Positions 9,042 through 19,116 of a stretch of DNA of 64,000 nt are shown here, one piece after another. The stretch's first letter is position 1; each line of letters opens with the position of its first letter. The notes beneath the pieces were generated by a model. That model worked only from the letters and a program-made list of their open reading frames with translations, was not told the origin of the DNA and did no database searches. The stretch lies in NCBI GenBank assembly GCA_041613315.1, contig JBFJHJ010000014.1:1-64000 (forward strand). Direction: 5' to 3'. This DNA is from Gemmatimonadales bacterium. Lineage in GTDB: Bacteria; Gemmatimonadota; Gemmatimonadetes; Gemmatimonadales; GWC2-71-9. A program made the position numbers and the translations under genes.

Positions 9042-10523
9042 TCAGCCTTGATCCTCCTCCGGGCCAAGGAGGTGGTCAGGGTCGTGGGGGAGGCTCCCTC
9101 GGGGAGAGCGCAGGTACACGAACGGCGTCTGGTAGAGGAAGTTGGACACCCGCGAGGTGTAGACGTCCGCGTACCGCTCCACCTGTCGCGCCAGATGGCT
9201 CTTGTCGTTGCCCGCCCGCATGAGGAGTCCCCAACGAGGGTTACTCACTTCGCCCGCCGCCGCCGCCAACGGCGCGATCTCCTCATCCAGCGCGAGAATG
9301 CGCTCTCGAAGCGCGCTCAGTTCCTGCTCCAGCCCCTTGGCGGTCCCCGTGGGCTGCGGCCCGTACTTCCCGCGTCGGCGTTGGACGTCGAGGCGGACCT
9401 GGCACACTTCGAATTCCAGCTGTTCCTTACGCCGCATCAGCTCGGAGAGCCGGGCCTGGTTGCGCTCGAACGTCTTGGCCGCCGCCAGGTCCGCCTCGAG
9501 CTCGCGGAGGACCAGCGCGGTACGCCAGCGCAACACGTTCTTCGACACGTGGACGTCGGTGTAGATGTGGTCGCCGACGTAGAGGATGTGATCGCCGTCA
9601 ATGCCGAAGTGCTCCTCGACCATCCCCGCGTGGCCACCGAGGTACACCCCGTCCCGCTCGATCCCCTTGACGGCCGGGCGCAGCAGCCCGTCGTCGTTCA
9701 CGACCTCGAAGATGGGGGCGCGCTCCACGAAGAACGCCGGCTTGCGGGCCGATACGATCACGAGATCAAAGAGGTCGCGCCAGGTCATGTCTCCGGGTAG
9801 GAACTCGTTGAACGCGTAGCTCATCATCGCCCGCGTGTACTCCCACTCGGAGTTGGTGACGAGGAGGATCTTCTTGCCGGCCCTACGCTGATCCAGCAGA
9901 GTGAGGGGCGTGTCGGGGTCGCGTTCGACGAAGCGGTCCGGGTCGGCAACGATTTCGGCCTTCAGCTCGCCCTCCATGTGGGCCTCGTCGATGGACGTGC
10001 GGACCAGCTTGTAGAGGTCGGCATAGCCGACGGCGCCTTGCACCTGGCCGGCGTCCAGCAGGTCCACGAGCTGCGCGTACATGCACGCTTCCGAGACCGC
10101 GAAGAGCGTGTTGAGGAACACGTAGCGTTCCTCGCTGAGATCCACCAGCATGCGGGCGTAGATCTCGCGCTGCCGCTCGTAGGCGAGCAGCTCCGTCCCG
10201 TGGTACGCCCGCTTCACGTACCCGAAGCGGTTGGCCTTCAGGATATTGCCCTGCTCCAAATCGAGTACGAGGCCCCGGATGACCAGATGGGGGTCGAACT
10301 CGAACTTCTCCACGGGCCACCCCATCCCGACGAGCTTCTGCTTCAGGTGCTCGTACGCGCGCCGTTCCCACGCTTCCATCCGGTAATGGATGAGCGTGTA
10401 GTCCATGTCGTAGCCGATGGCCTTGATCGCCCGGAGATTGAGCGTGCGGTTGCAGAACAGGCCGCGCTCTCGCGGGGGCGGCGCGCGCTCCGGAGCGGGC
10501 GAGCGGACGGGCACGGCGCTCAC
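9042..10523 (-). CDS. HAD-IG family (cN-II type) 5'-nucleotidase
   Basis: GYDMDYTL, LVTNS, ARKP, YVGDHIYTD and ERYADVYTS motifs. Confidence 0.93.
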   Translation of the reverse strand: MSAVPVRSPAPERAPPPRERGLFCNRTLNLRAIKAIGYDMDYTLIHYRMEAWERRAYEHLKQKLVGMGWPVEKFEFDPHLVIRGLVLDLEQGNILKANRFGYVKRAYHGTELLAYERQREIYARMLVDLSEERYVFLNTLFAVSEACMYAQLVDLLDAGQVQGAVGYADLYKLVRTSIDEAHMEGELKAEIVADPDRFVERDPDTPLTLLDQRRAGKKILLVTNSEWEYTRAMMSYAFNEFLPGDMTWRDLFDLVIVSARKPAFFVERAPIFEVVNDDGLLRPAVKGIERDGVYLGGHAGMVEEHFGIDGDHILYVGDHIYTDVHVSKNVLRWRTALVLRELEADLAAAKTFERNQARLSELMRRKEQLEFEVCQVRLDVQRRRGKYGPQPTGTAKGLEQELSALRERILALDEEIAPLAAAAGEVSNPRWGLLMRAGNDKSHLARQVERYADVYTSRVSNFLYQTPFVYLRSPRGSLPHDPDHLLGPEEDQG

Positions 10524-11317
10524 GGTAAGCTCACAGGGGCGGCGACGAAGTGGTTGAGGGGCCCGTGTCCACCGCCCAGCCCCGGCGCCTCCGCGATAGC
10601 CCGATGCACGTAGCCGAGCGCGTCCTCCACCGCGTCCTCAACCGAACGGCCCAGCGCCAGCCCCGCCGTGATGGCCGCCGACAGGGTGCACCCGGTCCCG
10701 TGCGTCGAGCTGGTGACGATCCGCGGGTGCGAGAAGCGGCGGACGCCGGCAGGCGTCACGAGCACGTCGGTCACGGTGTCCCCATCGAGGTGGCCCCCCT
10801 TGACCAGCGCGGCGCCGGCCCCGAGCCGCACGAGCGCCCGGCCGGCCCGCTCGAGGTCGTCCACCGAGGCGATCTCGTCCTCCACGAGGATGCGCGCCTC
10901 GTCCACGTTGGGTGTCACCAGCTTCGCGTGCGGCACCAGGAGGCGTGCCACTGAGCGCTCGGCGTCCCGATCGAGCAGCCGGTCGCCCGAGGTGGCCACC
11001 ATGACGGGATCGAGGACGTAGTTGCCGAAGCCGTGCCGCGAGATGCCCCGCGCCACGATCTCCACCAGGGCCGCGGTCGCCAGCATGCCGGTCTTGCACG
11101 CGTCGGGGGCGAGGTCGTCCGCCAGGGCCTGCAGCTGAGCCTCGACGGTCTCGACGGGGACGGCGTGCACGGCCGTCACGCCCCGGGTGTTCTGGGCCGT
11201 GATGGCCACGACCGCACTCGTCCCATAGACCCCGAACTGATGAAAGGTCTTGAGGTCCGCCTGGATCCCGGCGCCGCCTCCCGAGTCGGAGCCGGCAATG
11301 GTGAGGGCGATCTTCAT
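10520..11317 (-). CDS. thiD: Hydroxymethylpyrimidine/phosphomethylpyrimidine kinase
   Basis: [22 protein letters not shown] and THGTGCTLS motifs. Confidence 0.96.
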
Positions 11318-11333
11318 GTGCGATCTTAGCACC

Positions 11334-12104
11334 ATGACCACTAATCTGCTCACGGTGGTACGGGATCTTCAACGGCGAAAGGCCCGCAGGCGCCGCGGCC
11401 TCGGACTTGCGGAGGGGGTCCGTCTGGTGGAAGAAGCCCTGTCGGCGGGGGTCCCGATCCGGGGGGTATTCCATGACGAGACGCTCCGGGCGACCCCTCG
11501 CGGGGAGGCGCTGCTCCGCGCGCTCGCGGACCACGCCGTGATGCTGGAGGAGCTGCCCGTCCGCGAGCTGGTGCGGCTCGCCGATACGGAGACTCCGCAA
11601 GGCATCCTCGCCGTGGTGGAACCGCCCCGGTGGGCCCTCACGGCCATCGGGCCTCGTCCGGGCTCGGCCGTGCTGGTGCTCGATCAAGTGCAGGATCCCG
11701 GCAACGTGGGCACGCTGCTCCGCACCGCGTTCGCCCTCGGCGCCCCTGGGGCGATCCTCCTCAAAGGGACGGCGGACCTCGCGAACCCCAAGGTGATGCG
11801 GGCGGGGATGGGGGCGACCTTCCGGTTACCGGCCGCTCAGGCGGACGAGGGCGAGTTTCGCGCGTGGCTCGTGGAGCGTGACGTGACGTTGTGGGCGGCC
11901 ACGCCGGAAGGGGCTCCCGTGAGTCGGCTCCCGCCACCCGAGCGGCTGGCGCTGGTGGTGGGAAACGAGGGCGCCGGGCTCCGCCCCGGCGTCCTGGCCC
12001 TCGCCCGCCAGCAGGTGGCGGTACCCCTCGCCCGTGGCGCGGAGTCCCTCAACGTCGCGGTGGCCGCCGGGATCGTGCTCCACGAGGTCCAACGTGCCCG
12101 GTGA
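11334..12104 (+). CDS. TrmH/SpoU-family RNA methyltransferase
   Basis: [18 protein letters not shown] and [13 protein letters not shown] motifs. Confidence 0.93.
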
Positions 12105-12864
12105 CGCCTATGCGATCACCGTCGCCGGGCTGTTCGGGGCCGTGATCGGGAGCTTCCTCAACGTCACCATCGTGCGGCTCCCCGCGGACGAGTCGGTGAT
12201 CCGCCCGCGGTCCAAGTGCCCGTACTGCGGGGCGCCGGTCGCCTGGTACGACAACATCCCGATCCTCTCGTGGATTTGGCTGCGGGCGCGGTGCCGGCAG
12301 TGCCGCGCCCCGATCTCGGTGCAATATCCGCTGGTCGAGGCGGCCACGGCCGCGTTGTGGGGTCTCGCCGCGTGGCGCTACGGGATCACGATCGATGCGC
12401 TGGCGGGCGCGGTGTTCGGGACGATGCTCTTGGGTATCGCGGTCACCGATGCCAAGCACTATCTGATCCCCGACGAGTACACGCTGGGCGGGCTCGTGAT
12501 GGGTCTGCTATTCGCGCTTCGGGACGGGCCGGTGGGGGTCGTCACCGCCGTCGTGGGCGCCGCCGTGGGGTTCGGGCTGCTGTTCGCCGTCGCCTGGGCC
12601 GGCGAGAAGGCGTTTCGCAAGGAGGCGATGGGCGGTGGGGACATCAAGATGCTGGCGATGGTCGGAGCATTCGTGGGGTGGAAAGGTGTGCTGCTCACGG
12701 TATTCGGCGGGGCGCTCCTGGGCACGCTGGTCTTCGTGCCGCTCACGATCCGGCGGAGGAAGCTCGTGCCGTTCGGCGTTTTTCTCGCGGCGGCCGCGGG
12801 ACTCACGTTCGTCTGGGGCGAGCGGATTATCGGGTGGTACCTGCGAACGATCGGGGTGGGGTAG
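12094..12864 (+). CDS. pilD: Prepilin peptidase (A24)
   Basis: GSFLNV, CPYC/CRQC, WYDNIP, GGGDIK and PFGVF motifs. Confidence 0.92.
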
Positions 12865-12913
12865 GTGGGCGGAGGAGCCGTGTGCACCTCGCGTCGTGTG
12901 AACGTCCGTTCAT

Positions 12914-12941
12914 CCAACCATTTCCCCCGCCGGCCCATCCA
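12914..12941 (+). promoter_or_regulatory. Candidate ECF autoregulatory promoter CCAACC-N16-CATCCA
   Basis: AAC -35 core and TC -10 core just upstream of the ECF start codon. Confidence 0.45.
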
Positions 12942-12950
12942 ACAAGGTGC

Positions 12951-13529
12951 ATGGAGACGACAGGGACCCCGGGGGTGGATGCCCTGACCGCTGAACGCGA
13001 GACCACACGGGCGGACGGGGACGCGGTGGACGCCACGCTCGCGGCCAGCGGCGACGCCCATGCGTTCGAGCGGCTCTACCGCGGGCAAGTGGCGCGGATC
13101 CACAGCCTCGCTCGGCGGATGTTGGGGCCGGAGGAGGCCGACGAGGCGACGCAGGACGCCTTCGTCCGGGCCTGGGAGAAGCTGGGCACGTTCCGCGGCG
13201 AGGCGGCGTTCGGGACCTGGCTGCATCGGCTGGCGATCAACGTGTTCCTCGGCCGCCGGGGCCAGCAGGGGCGGGAGCGGGCGCGGCTGCAGGACGGCGA
13301 GGCGGTGTTTGAGGCGCTGGCGACCCGCCGGACGAGCCCCGAGCTCCGCATGGATTTCGAGTCGGCGCTGAGCCGGCTTCCGTCAGGGGCCCGCCAGGTG
13401 TTCGTCTTGCACGACGTCGAGGGGTTCAAGCATCGCGAGATCGCACAGATGCTGGGGGTTACGGAGGGGACGTCGAAGGCGCAACTGCACCGGGCGCGAA
13501 TGGCGCTCCGGACCTACATCGAGCGCTGA
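12951..13529 (+). CDS. ECF RNA polymerase sigma factor
   Basis: TQDAFVRAW, FGTWL, LHDVEGFKHREIA and GTSKAQLHRAR motifs. Confidence 0.93.
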   Translation: METTGTPGVDALTAERETTRADGDAVDATLAASGDAHAFERLYRGQVARIHSLARRMLGPEEADEATQDAFVRAWEKLGTFRGEAAFGTWLHRLAINVFLGRRGQQGRERARLQDGEAVFEALATRRTSPELRMDFESALSRLPSGARQVFVLHDVEGFKHREIAQMLGVTEGTSKAQLHRARMALRTYIER

Positions 13530-13539
13530 TGGAGCACAG

Positions 13540-14229
13540 GTGATGAGCGACCTCTGGTTGGACCGGTTGTCCGAATACGTGGACGGCGAGCTCTCGGCCC
13601 ACGAGGCCGGGGAACTCGAGGTCCACCTCAGGGTGTGTGGAATGTGCGTTCGGACGCTGGAAGAGTTGCGCGCCGTGCGGTCGCGGGCGGCGTCGCTCGA
13701 CGACCGGCCGCCGGCGACCGATCTGTGGGCGGGGATCGCCGCCCGGATCCGCGCGGGACGGGCGACCGAGCCGGGCGTGCTCTCGCTCGAGGGTTCCTCC
13801 GCCCGCCGGCGGCTCAGCTTCTCGGTGCCGCAGCTGTTGGCGGCCGGTCTCACCTTGGCGGCGCTCTCTGGCGGTGGGACGTGGTTGGCGTTCCGCGCCG
13901 GGGGCGGCAACGGCGGGCCGACCGTGGCCGCCGCTCCGGCGGCCGCGACCGCGCAGGTGGCGCTGGTGGCGATCGGCGGGGCCGACTACGACCGCGCGGT
14001 GGCGGAGCTCTACGGGCTGCTGGAGCGGCACCGTGGCGATCTGGACACCTCGACGGTGCGGGTGTTGGAGGAGAGCCTCGCGAGCATCGATCGCGCTATC
14101 GCGGATGCCCGGTCCGCCCTCGCGGCCGACCCGGCGAACGGCTATCTCAACATGCACCTGGCCGCGTCGATGCGGCGCAAGCTCGATCTCCTGCGTCGCG
14201 CGGCCGAGATCGCCACGGCCCGGAGCTGA
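13540..14229 (+). CDS. Zinc-binding (zf-HC2) anti-sigma factor
   Basis: LSEYVDGEL...HLRVCGMC, one TM segment; follows the ECF gene. Confidence 0.88.
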   Translation: MMSDLWLDRLSEYVDGELSAHEAGELEVHLRVCGMCVRTLEELRAVRSRAASLDDRPPATDLWAGIAARIRAGRATEPGVLSLEGSSARRRLSFSVPQLLAAGLTLAALSGGGTWLAFRAGGGNGGPTVAAAPAAATAQVALVAIGGADYDRAVAELYGLLERHRGDLDTSTVRVLEESLASIDRAIADARSALAADPANGYLNMHLAASMRRKLDLLRRAAEIATARS

Positions 14230-14230
14230 C

Positions 14231-15109
14231 ATGTTCTCGACCCTCGTCGCGGGTGCGTTGCTGAGCGTCGGCATCGTCCAGCAGACCGACACCACGTTTG
14301 CGGTGCGATCGGGCGCGCGCCTCGATTTCCACAGCATGGGCGGCGATCTCGTGGTCCGGACCTGGAACCGCGACGCCGTTCGCGTCGTCTCGGATCCGGA
14401 CGATCGCGAGCGCATCGAGATCACGACCGTCGGGCAGGTGGTGAAGATCCGGCCGAGGGCGTGGCGTGGCCCGGCCCGCGCCGTGGACGTGCACATCACG
14501 GTGCCGGTCTCGATGAGCGTGGACGTGAACGGCACCTACCTCGAGGTGGACGTCGAGGGTGTGCGGGGGGAGGTAAACGTCGAGACCGTGCAGGGCGACG
14601 TCCGCCTCGTCGGCGGTCGGGGAGTGGTGACGGTCCGGTCGGTGCAGGGCGACGTCGACGTGCGGGACGTGGAGGGGCGGGTCTCGGTCGGCTCGGTGAA
14701 CGGCGACGTGCGGCTGACCGATGCGATGGGGGGGGTGACGGCGGAAACGGTCAACGGGGACATCACGTTGGATCGGGTCCGCTCCTCGAGCGTGGGCGCG
14801 ACCACCACCAACGGCGACGTGCGCTACGAAGGGACGATCGAGCGGAACGGGCGCTACACCTTCAGCACGCACAACGGCGACCTGACCGTATCGGTGCCGG
14901 AACGGGCGAACGCCACCGTGTCGGTGTCCACCTTCAACGGCGAATTCGAGTCGTCGTTTCCCGTGACGCTGACGGAGACGCGGTCGGGCGGCAAACGGTT
15001 CACCTTCGTGCTGGGCGACGGCAGCGCCCGCATCGAGCTCGACTCGTTCGGCGGTACGATTCGCCTGCGCCGGCCGGGCGAGGCGACGCGGCCACGGCGC
15101 CGGCGCTAG
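14231..15109 (+). CDS. DUF4097 beta-strand repeat (adhesin-like) secreted protein
   Basis: Repeated TVxGDV/SVNGD units; signal peptide. Confidence 0.82.
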   Translation: MFSTLVAGALLSVGIVQQTDTTFAVRSGARLDFHSMGGDLVVRTWNRDAVRVVSDPDDRERIEITTVGQVVKIRPRAWRGPARAVDVHITVPVSMSVDVNGTYLEVDVEGVRGEVNVETVQGDVRLVGGRGVVTVRSVQGDVDVRDVEGRVSVGSVNGDVRLTDAMGGVTAETVNGDITLDRVRSSSVGATTTNGDVRYEGTIERNGRYTFSTHNGDLTVSVPERANATVSVSTFNGEFESSFPVTLTETRSGGKRFTFVLGDGSARIELDSFGGTIRLRRPGEATRPRRRR

Positions 15110-15140
15110 CGGCGCGACCATTCACAGCGGAGTCATAGCG

Positions 15141-15953
15141 ATGCGACTGTTTCCGATTCTCGTGGCAACCGGGGTGATCGCCTACGGCGTCTCGGACGTG
15201 GCGGAGCTTCCCGTACTGCCGGCGGCGCGTCAGGAGCGGCAGCAGCCGTTCGAGTGGAAAGGGATGCTCGCCGCGGGCAAGACGATCGAGGTCAAGGGCG
15301 TGAACGGCGCGATCCGGGCGATGCCCAGCAGCGGGCGCGAGGTCGAGGTGTCGGCGACGAAGCGCGAGGGGCGCCGCGGCGACGTCGACGACGTCACGAT
15401 CGAGGTGGTGGAGCACGCGGGCGGGGTCACGATATGTGCGCGCTACCCCGCGCGCCCGCGTGATCAGCGCGAGTGCAAGCCCGGTCACGGCGGGCAGTCG
15501 TCGGAGAACAACGACACCCGGGTGGACTTCACCGTCCGCGTGCCCACCGGGGTCAACTTCGCGGGCCGCACGGTGAACGGTGACGTGGACGCGACGCGCC
15601 TCGGCGCCAACGTCGAGGCGACGACCGTGAACGGGAGTATCGATGCAAGCGGGGCCGGGTTCGTCGAGGCGACGACCGTGAACGGATCGATCCGCGCTGC
15701 GATGGGCCGCGCCGACTGGAGCCGGGGACTCGAGTTCCGAACCGTGAATGGGAGCATCACGCTCGAGCTGCCGGCCGGCGTCGGCGCCGAGGTGTCCGCG
15801 AGCACCGTGAACGGTGACATCACGACGGACTTCCCGCTGACGATCCAAGGACGGTTCGGTCCGCGCCGCATCCAGGGGGTGATCGGCGACGGCGGACGCC
15901 AGTTGCGACTGGAGACGGTGAACGGCGGCATCAGCTTACGCCGGGCGGGTTAG
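15141..15953 (+). CDS. DUF4097 beta-strand repeat secreted protein
   Basis: Repeated TVNGSI/TVNGD units. Confidence 0.82.
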   Translation: MRLFPILVATGVIAYGVSDVAELPVLPAARQERQQPFEWKGMLAAGKTIEVKGVNGAIRAMPSSGREVEVSATKREGRRGDVDDVTIEVVEHAGGVTICARYPARPRDQRECKPGHGGQSSENNDTRVDFTVRVPTGVNFAGRTVNGDVDATRLGANVEATTVNGSIDASGAGFVEATTVNGSIRAAMGRADWSRGLEFRTVNGSITLELPAGVGAEVSASTVNGDITTDFPLTIQGRFGPRRIQGVIGDGGRQLRLETVNGGISLRRAG

Positions 15954-15979
15954 CCGGCGGTACCCTTGCGGCCGCGTGC

Positions 15980-16010
15980 CCGCCGGACGCTCTCACGGGG
16001 CGTCCGGCGG
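15980..16010 (+). terminator. Stem-loop after the ECF operon
   Basis: ccgccggacgctc-tcacg-gggcgtccggcgg followed by ttgcattt. Confidence 0.6.
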
Positions 16011-16177
16011 TTGCATTTCCTTCCAGAGCGTTGTTGCGTCCGGGGACCGTGCCGGCGCTCGGGGGTATAGCCTGAGGCCCACGATTCCACCGTCATCGGG
16101 AGCGACCCCTGTCCCATCACGCCTGCGGTGCCGTCGACCGTCGCCGGGACAGCGCATCCGTCGCCGCCGCCCGACCC

Positions 16178-17365
16178 GTGTGGCTCGCGCTGACCGTGCT
16201 CACCGTGGCGGCCTGCGGGGCCCCCGGCGAGGCGCAGGAGGAGCGGCGGATCCAGGCGATGGCGCAGGAGCTGATGCCGCACATCGAGCGGGTGACCGGG
16301 CTCCGGTTTGCGACGCCTCCCACGATCAAGATCCGCGACGCGTCCCAGGTTCGGCAGTACCTGGCGAGCAAACTGGATGACGAATACCCGGGAGACGATT
16401 TCGATCGGGTGACCCTCGCGTACCGGCTCTTCGGCCTGATTCCGGACACCCTCGACCTTCGGGCGCTCCTACTCGCGCTCTATACCGAGCAGGTGCTGGG
16501 CTACTACGATCCCGACTCCGCCGCGCTGTATGTGGTGCGAGGGGCGCGCGGCGCGGCGTTGGAAGGCACACTGGCGCACGAGCTGGTGCACGCCCTCCAG
16601 GGGCAGCATGTACGGCTGGACTCGCTGCTCTCCCTCGAACGGCAGAACGACCGGCGGCTGGCGGCGCAGGCGGTCATGGAGGGTCAGGCGATGCTCTCGA
16701 CGCTGCTCGCCCTGAATCCGTCTCTCGATCTCGACGTGTTGGGCAATCTGCGGAGCGACCTGGCCGATCGTGTGCGGCGCCAGCAGGAACGGATGCCGGT
16801 CTTCAGCGCCGCGCCACGCGCCATTCGCGAGTCGCTGGTGTTTCCGTATCTGGCGGGGATGGATTTCGTACGCTGGTTCGCGACGCACTACGCGGATACG
16901 GTCCCATTCGGCCCGCGCCTTCCCGTCTCCACCGAGCAGATTCTCCACCCCGACCGGTATCAGGGTCGCGACGCGCCGGTGGAGCTGACCTACGCGGACG
17001 GGGCGGAACCGCTGTACGAGGACAACCTCGGTGAGTTCGAGACACGCCTCTTGCTGACCGAGCTCACCGGCAGTGAGTCCGCGGGTGCGGCCGGCGCCCT
17101 TGGGTGGGGCGGGGACCGGTACGGCGTCTTCGGCACGCTGGACGCCGCGGCGCTGGTGTGGTGGACGGTGTGGGACAGCGAGCGGGCGGCGGATCGGTTC
17201 GCGCGGCTCCTAGAGCACCGCTGGCCGATCTCGGCACGTCCTGCCCGGCGTCACACGTTGGCGCGTGTGGCCGTCGGCGGATATCCGGCGGTCCGGTTGA
17301 TCGACGCGCCGCGGGAGTGGGCGGGGTGGGCGCGCCCGCCATCGGTGGTCGTGACGGGGCGCTGA
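16178..17365 (+). CDS. Putative zinc metallopeptidase lipoprotein
   Basis: Lipobox VAAC; GYYDP, HELVHALQ, EGQA and STEQILHP motifs. Confidence 0.75.
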   Translation: MWLALTVLTVAACGAPGEAQEERRIQAMAQELMPHIERVTGLRFATPPTIKIRDASQVRQYLASKLDDEYPGDDFDRVTLAYRLFGLIPDTLDLRALLLALYTEQVLGYYDPDSAALYVVRGARGAALEGTLAHELVHALQGQHVRLDSLLSLERQNDRRLAAQAVMEGQAMLSTLLALNPSLDLDVLGNLRSDLADRVRRQQERMPVFSAAPRAIRESLVFPYLAGMDFVRWFATHYADTVPFGPRLPVSTEQILHPDRYQGRDAPVELTYADGAEPLYEDNLGEFETRLLLTELTGSESAGAAGALGWGGDRYGVFGTLDAAALVWWTVWDSERAADRFARLLEHRWPISARPARRHTLARVAVGGYPAVRLIDAPREWAGWARPPSVVVTGR

Positions 17366-17497
17366 AGAACACCGCCATCCGGTCCCTCCGCCCGAGTGCC
17401 CCCCGTCGTCCGCACGGCGGCTCCTGCGCGCGATCTCACGACGGGCAGCCACGGTCAATAGGGATACGCAACACGGACAACGCGCCGGATCGCGCCT

Positions 17498-19063
17498 CTA
17501 CGACACCAGCAGCGTCACCACATACGCCACGGCACCGACGAGCGCACCGAGCACGTAGCCCAGTCGCACGATGAGGTCGAGCTCGCGCTGCGTGGTGGCC
17601 CGCACGATCTGCTCCATTCGCTCGAGGGAGAAGCTCAGGATCTTCTGCTCCACCATCGTCTGCACGTCCACACGGGCGACCAGCTCGGGGACCTGATGCT
17701 GGATCCACTGCCAGAGGACCGGTGAGAGGCGCTGCGCCAGCCGGTCGGTGGCGCCGTCCGGGAGCAAGGCGGCGGGCCGCCCGATCGGCCGGTCGAGCAA
17801 CCGGTGGAGTGCGGAGGCGATGCCGTCGCGGACCCAGCCGGTCACCTGTGGGGACCGCGCAGCGTCGGCGAGCCAACCCGCGGCGCGCTCCGGCGGCAGG
17901 CGGCTCAGCAGGTCGCCCCACGTGCGCTGTTCCGCGGCTTGGAGCGCCTGGTCGAGGCGGTCGACAGCATACCCTCGGGTCGTCGGGTCGCGGAGCGCGC
18001 TCACGATGTGCCGGGCCGCGGTGTCGGTGATCCCCGTGAGGCGCTCGGGCCCCAGGCGTTCCGCGTGCTCGGCGAGCGGCCGGCGCAGGAAATTCACGAC
18101 GGCGTCGTTGATGCTTTTCGCCACCTGGTCGCGCATGGCGGGCTCGTCGAGCAGCAGCGAGAGCTGCTCCACGCCCTCACGCTCGACGTTGTCCAACAGC
18201 CGGGCGAACGTTTTCTCGGTGACGACCAGGCGAGCGACGATGCGTTCGTGGAGCAGGAGATCCCGGATGAACCGCTGGAACAGCTCGTGGAGCGCGCGCT
18301 GGATGCGGGCGCGAGCGTCGGGGTCGGCGAGCAGGGCCGCGAGCCGGTCGATCGCGACGGGGAGATAGCCGGCCACCTCCCGCTCGAGGGCCGCGACCAA
18401 GTCGGCCGGAAGCCGCTCGAGCAGGGGGGTCGCATCTGCCGCGAGGCGGCCGACCTGGCGCTCGAGCCAATCCCGGATCGTCTGGTCGAGCTGCGGGCTC
18501 TCGACGGCATCGGTCACCCAGCTCTCGACACGCTCCCGGATCGCCTCGCGCCGCGCGGCCGTGAGCAGATCCCCCACCGGGCGGTCGGCGTACTCGTCCC
18601 GCAGGCGCACCAGGAAGCGCTCAACGGACCCGCGGAACCCGTCGCCGGCGACGTAGTCGGTGACGCGATCCGCGACGCCGCCGGCGACGTCGCGCAGCGA
18701 CCGCTCCAGCTCTTGGACGAGGTCGGCCGGAAGCTCCTCGCGGAGCGACCGACGCTCGGTGTCCAGCAGCTGTTGCGCGAGGGCCCGGACGGCCCGCTCG
18801 AAGGCCTCCCGCATCCCGGGCGCCGCGAGTTGACGGGTGAGGTCTTCCGCGCTAAGTAACCGCTGTCCAACGGTCCGACCGATCGTCGTCGCGAGTCGGG
18901 CCTTGTTCTTGGGGATGGCGCCCTGGAGCCTGAGCGGGGGAATCCCCCGGGGCTCATGGGGGTGGAACAACATCCAGATGGCGACGGCATTCGTCATGCC
19001 TCCGGCCGCCGCGCCGAAGAGGACAGTGACGATGGCCGTGATCGGCGAGAACTCAGCGATCAC
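17498..19063 (-). CDS. DUF445-family membrane-anchored protein
   Basis: TNAVAIWMLFHP, QGAIPKNK and C-terminal ELDLIVRLGYVLG. Confidence 0.88.
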   Translation of the reverse strand: MIAEFSPITAIVTVLFGAAAGGMTNAVAIWMLFHPHEPRGIPPLRLQGAIPKNKARLATTIGRTVGQRLLSAEDLTRQLAAPGMREAFERAVRALAQQLLDTERRSLREELPADLVQELERSLRDVAGGVADRVTDYVAGDGFRGSVERFLVRLRDEYADRPVGDLLTAARREAIRERVESWVTDAVESPQLDQTIRDWLERQVGRLAADATPLLERLPADLVAALEREVAGYLPVAIDRLAALLADPDARARIQRALHELFQRFIRDLLLHERIVARLVVTEKTFARLLDNVEREGVEQLSLLLDEPAMRDQVAKSINDAVVNFLRRPLAEHAERLGPERLTGITDTAARHIVSALRDPTTRGYAVDRLDQALQAAEQRTWGDLLSRLPPERAAGWLADAARSPQVTGWVRDGIASALHRLLDRPIGRPAALLPDGATDRLAQRLSPVLWQWIQHQVPELVARVDVQTMVEQKILSFSLERMEQIVRATTQRELDLIVRLGYVLGALVGAVAYVVTLLVS

Positions 19064-19116
19064 GACCCACCATGGCGGATCGGACGCCCGCGGAGCGGTG
19101 TAACCACAGGCGAGGC

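Noticed and set aside
15955..15970. GG-N10-GC sigma54-like match
   Set aside because: Poor -24 context and points directly into a terminator hairpin
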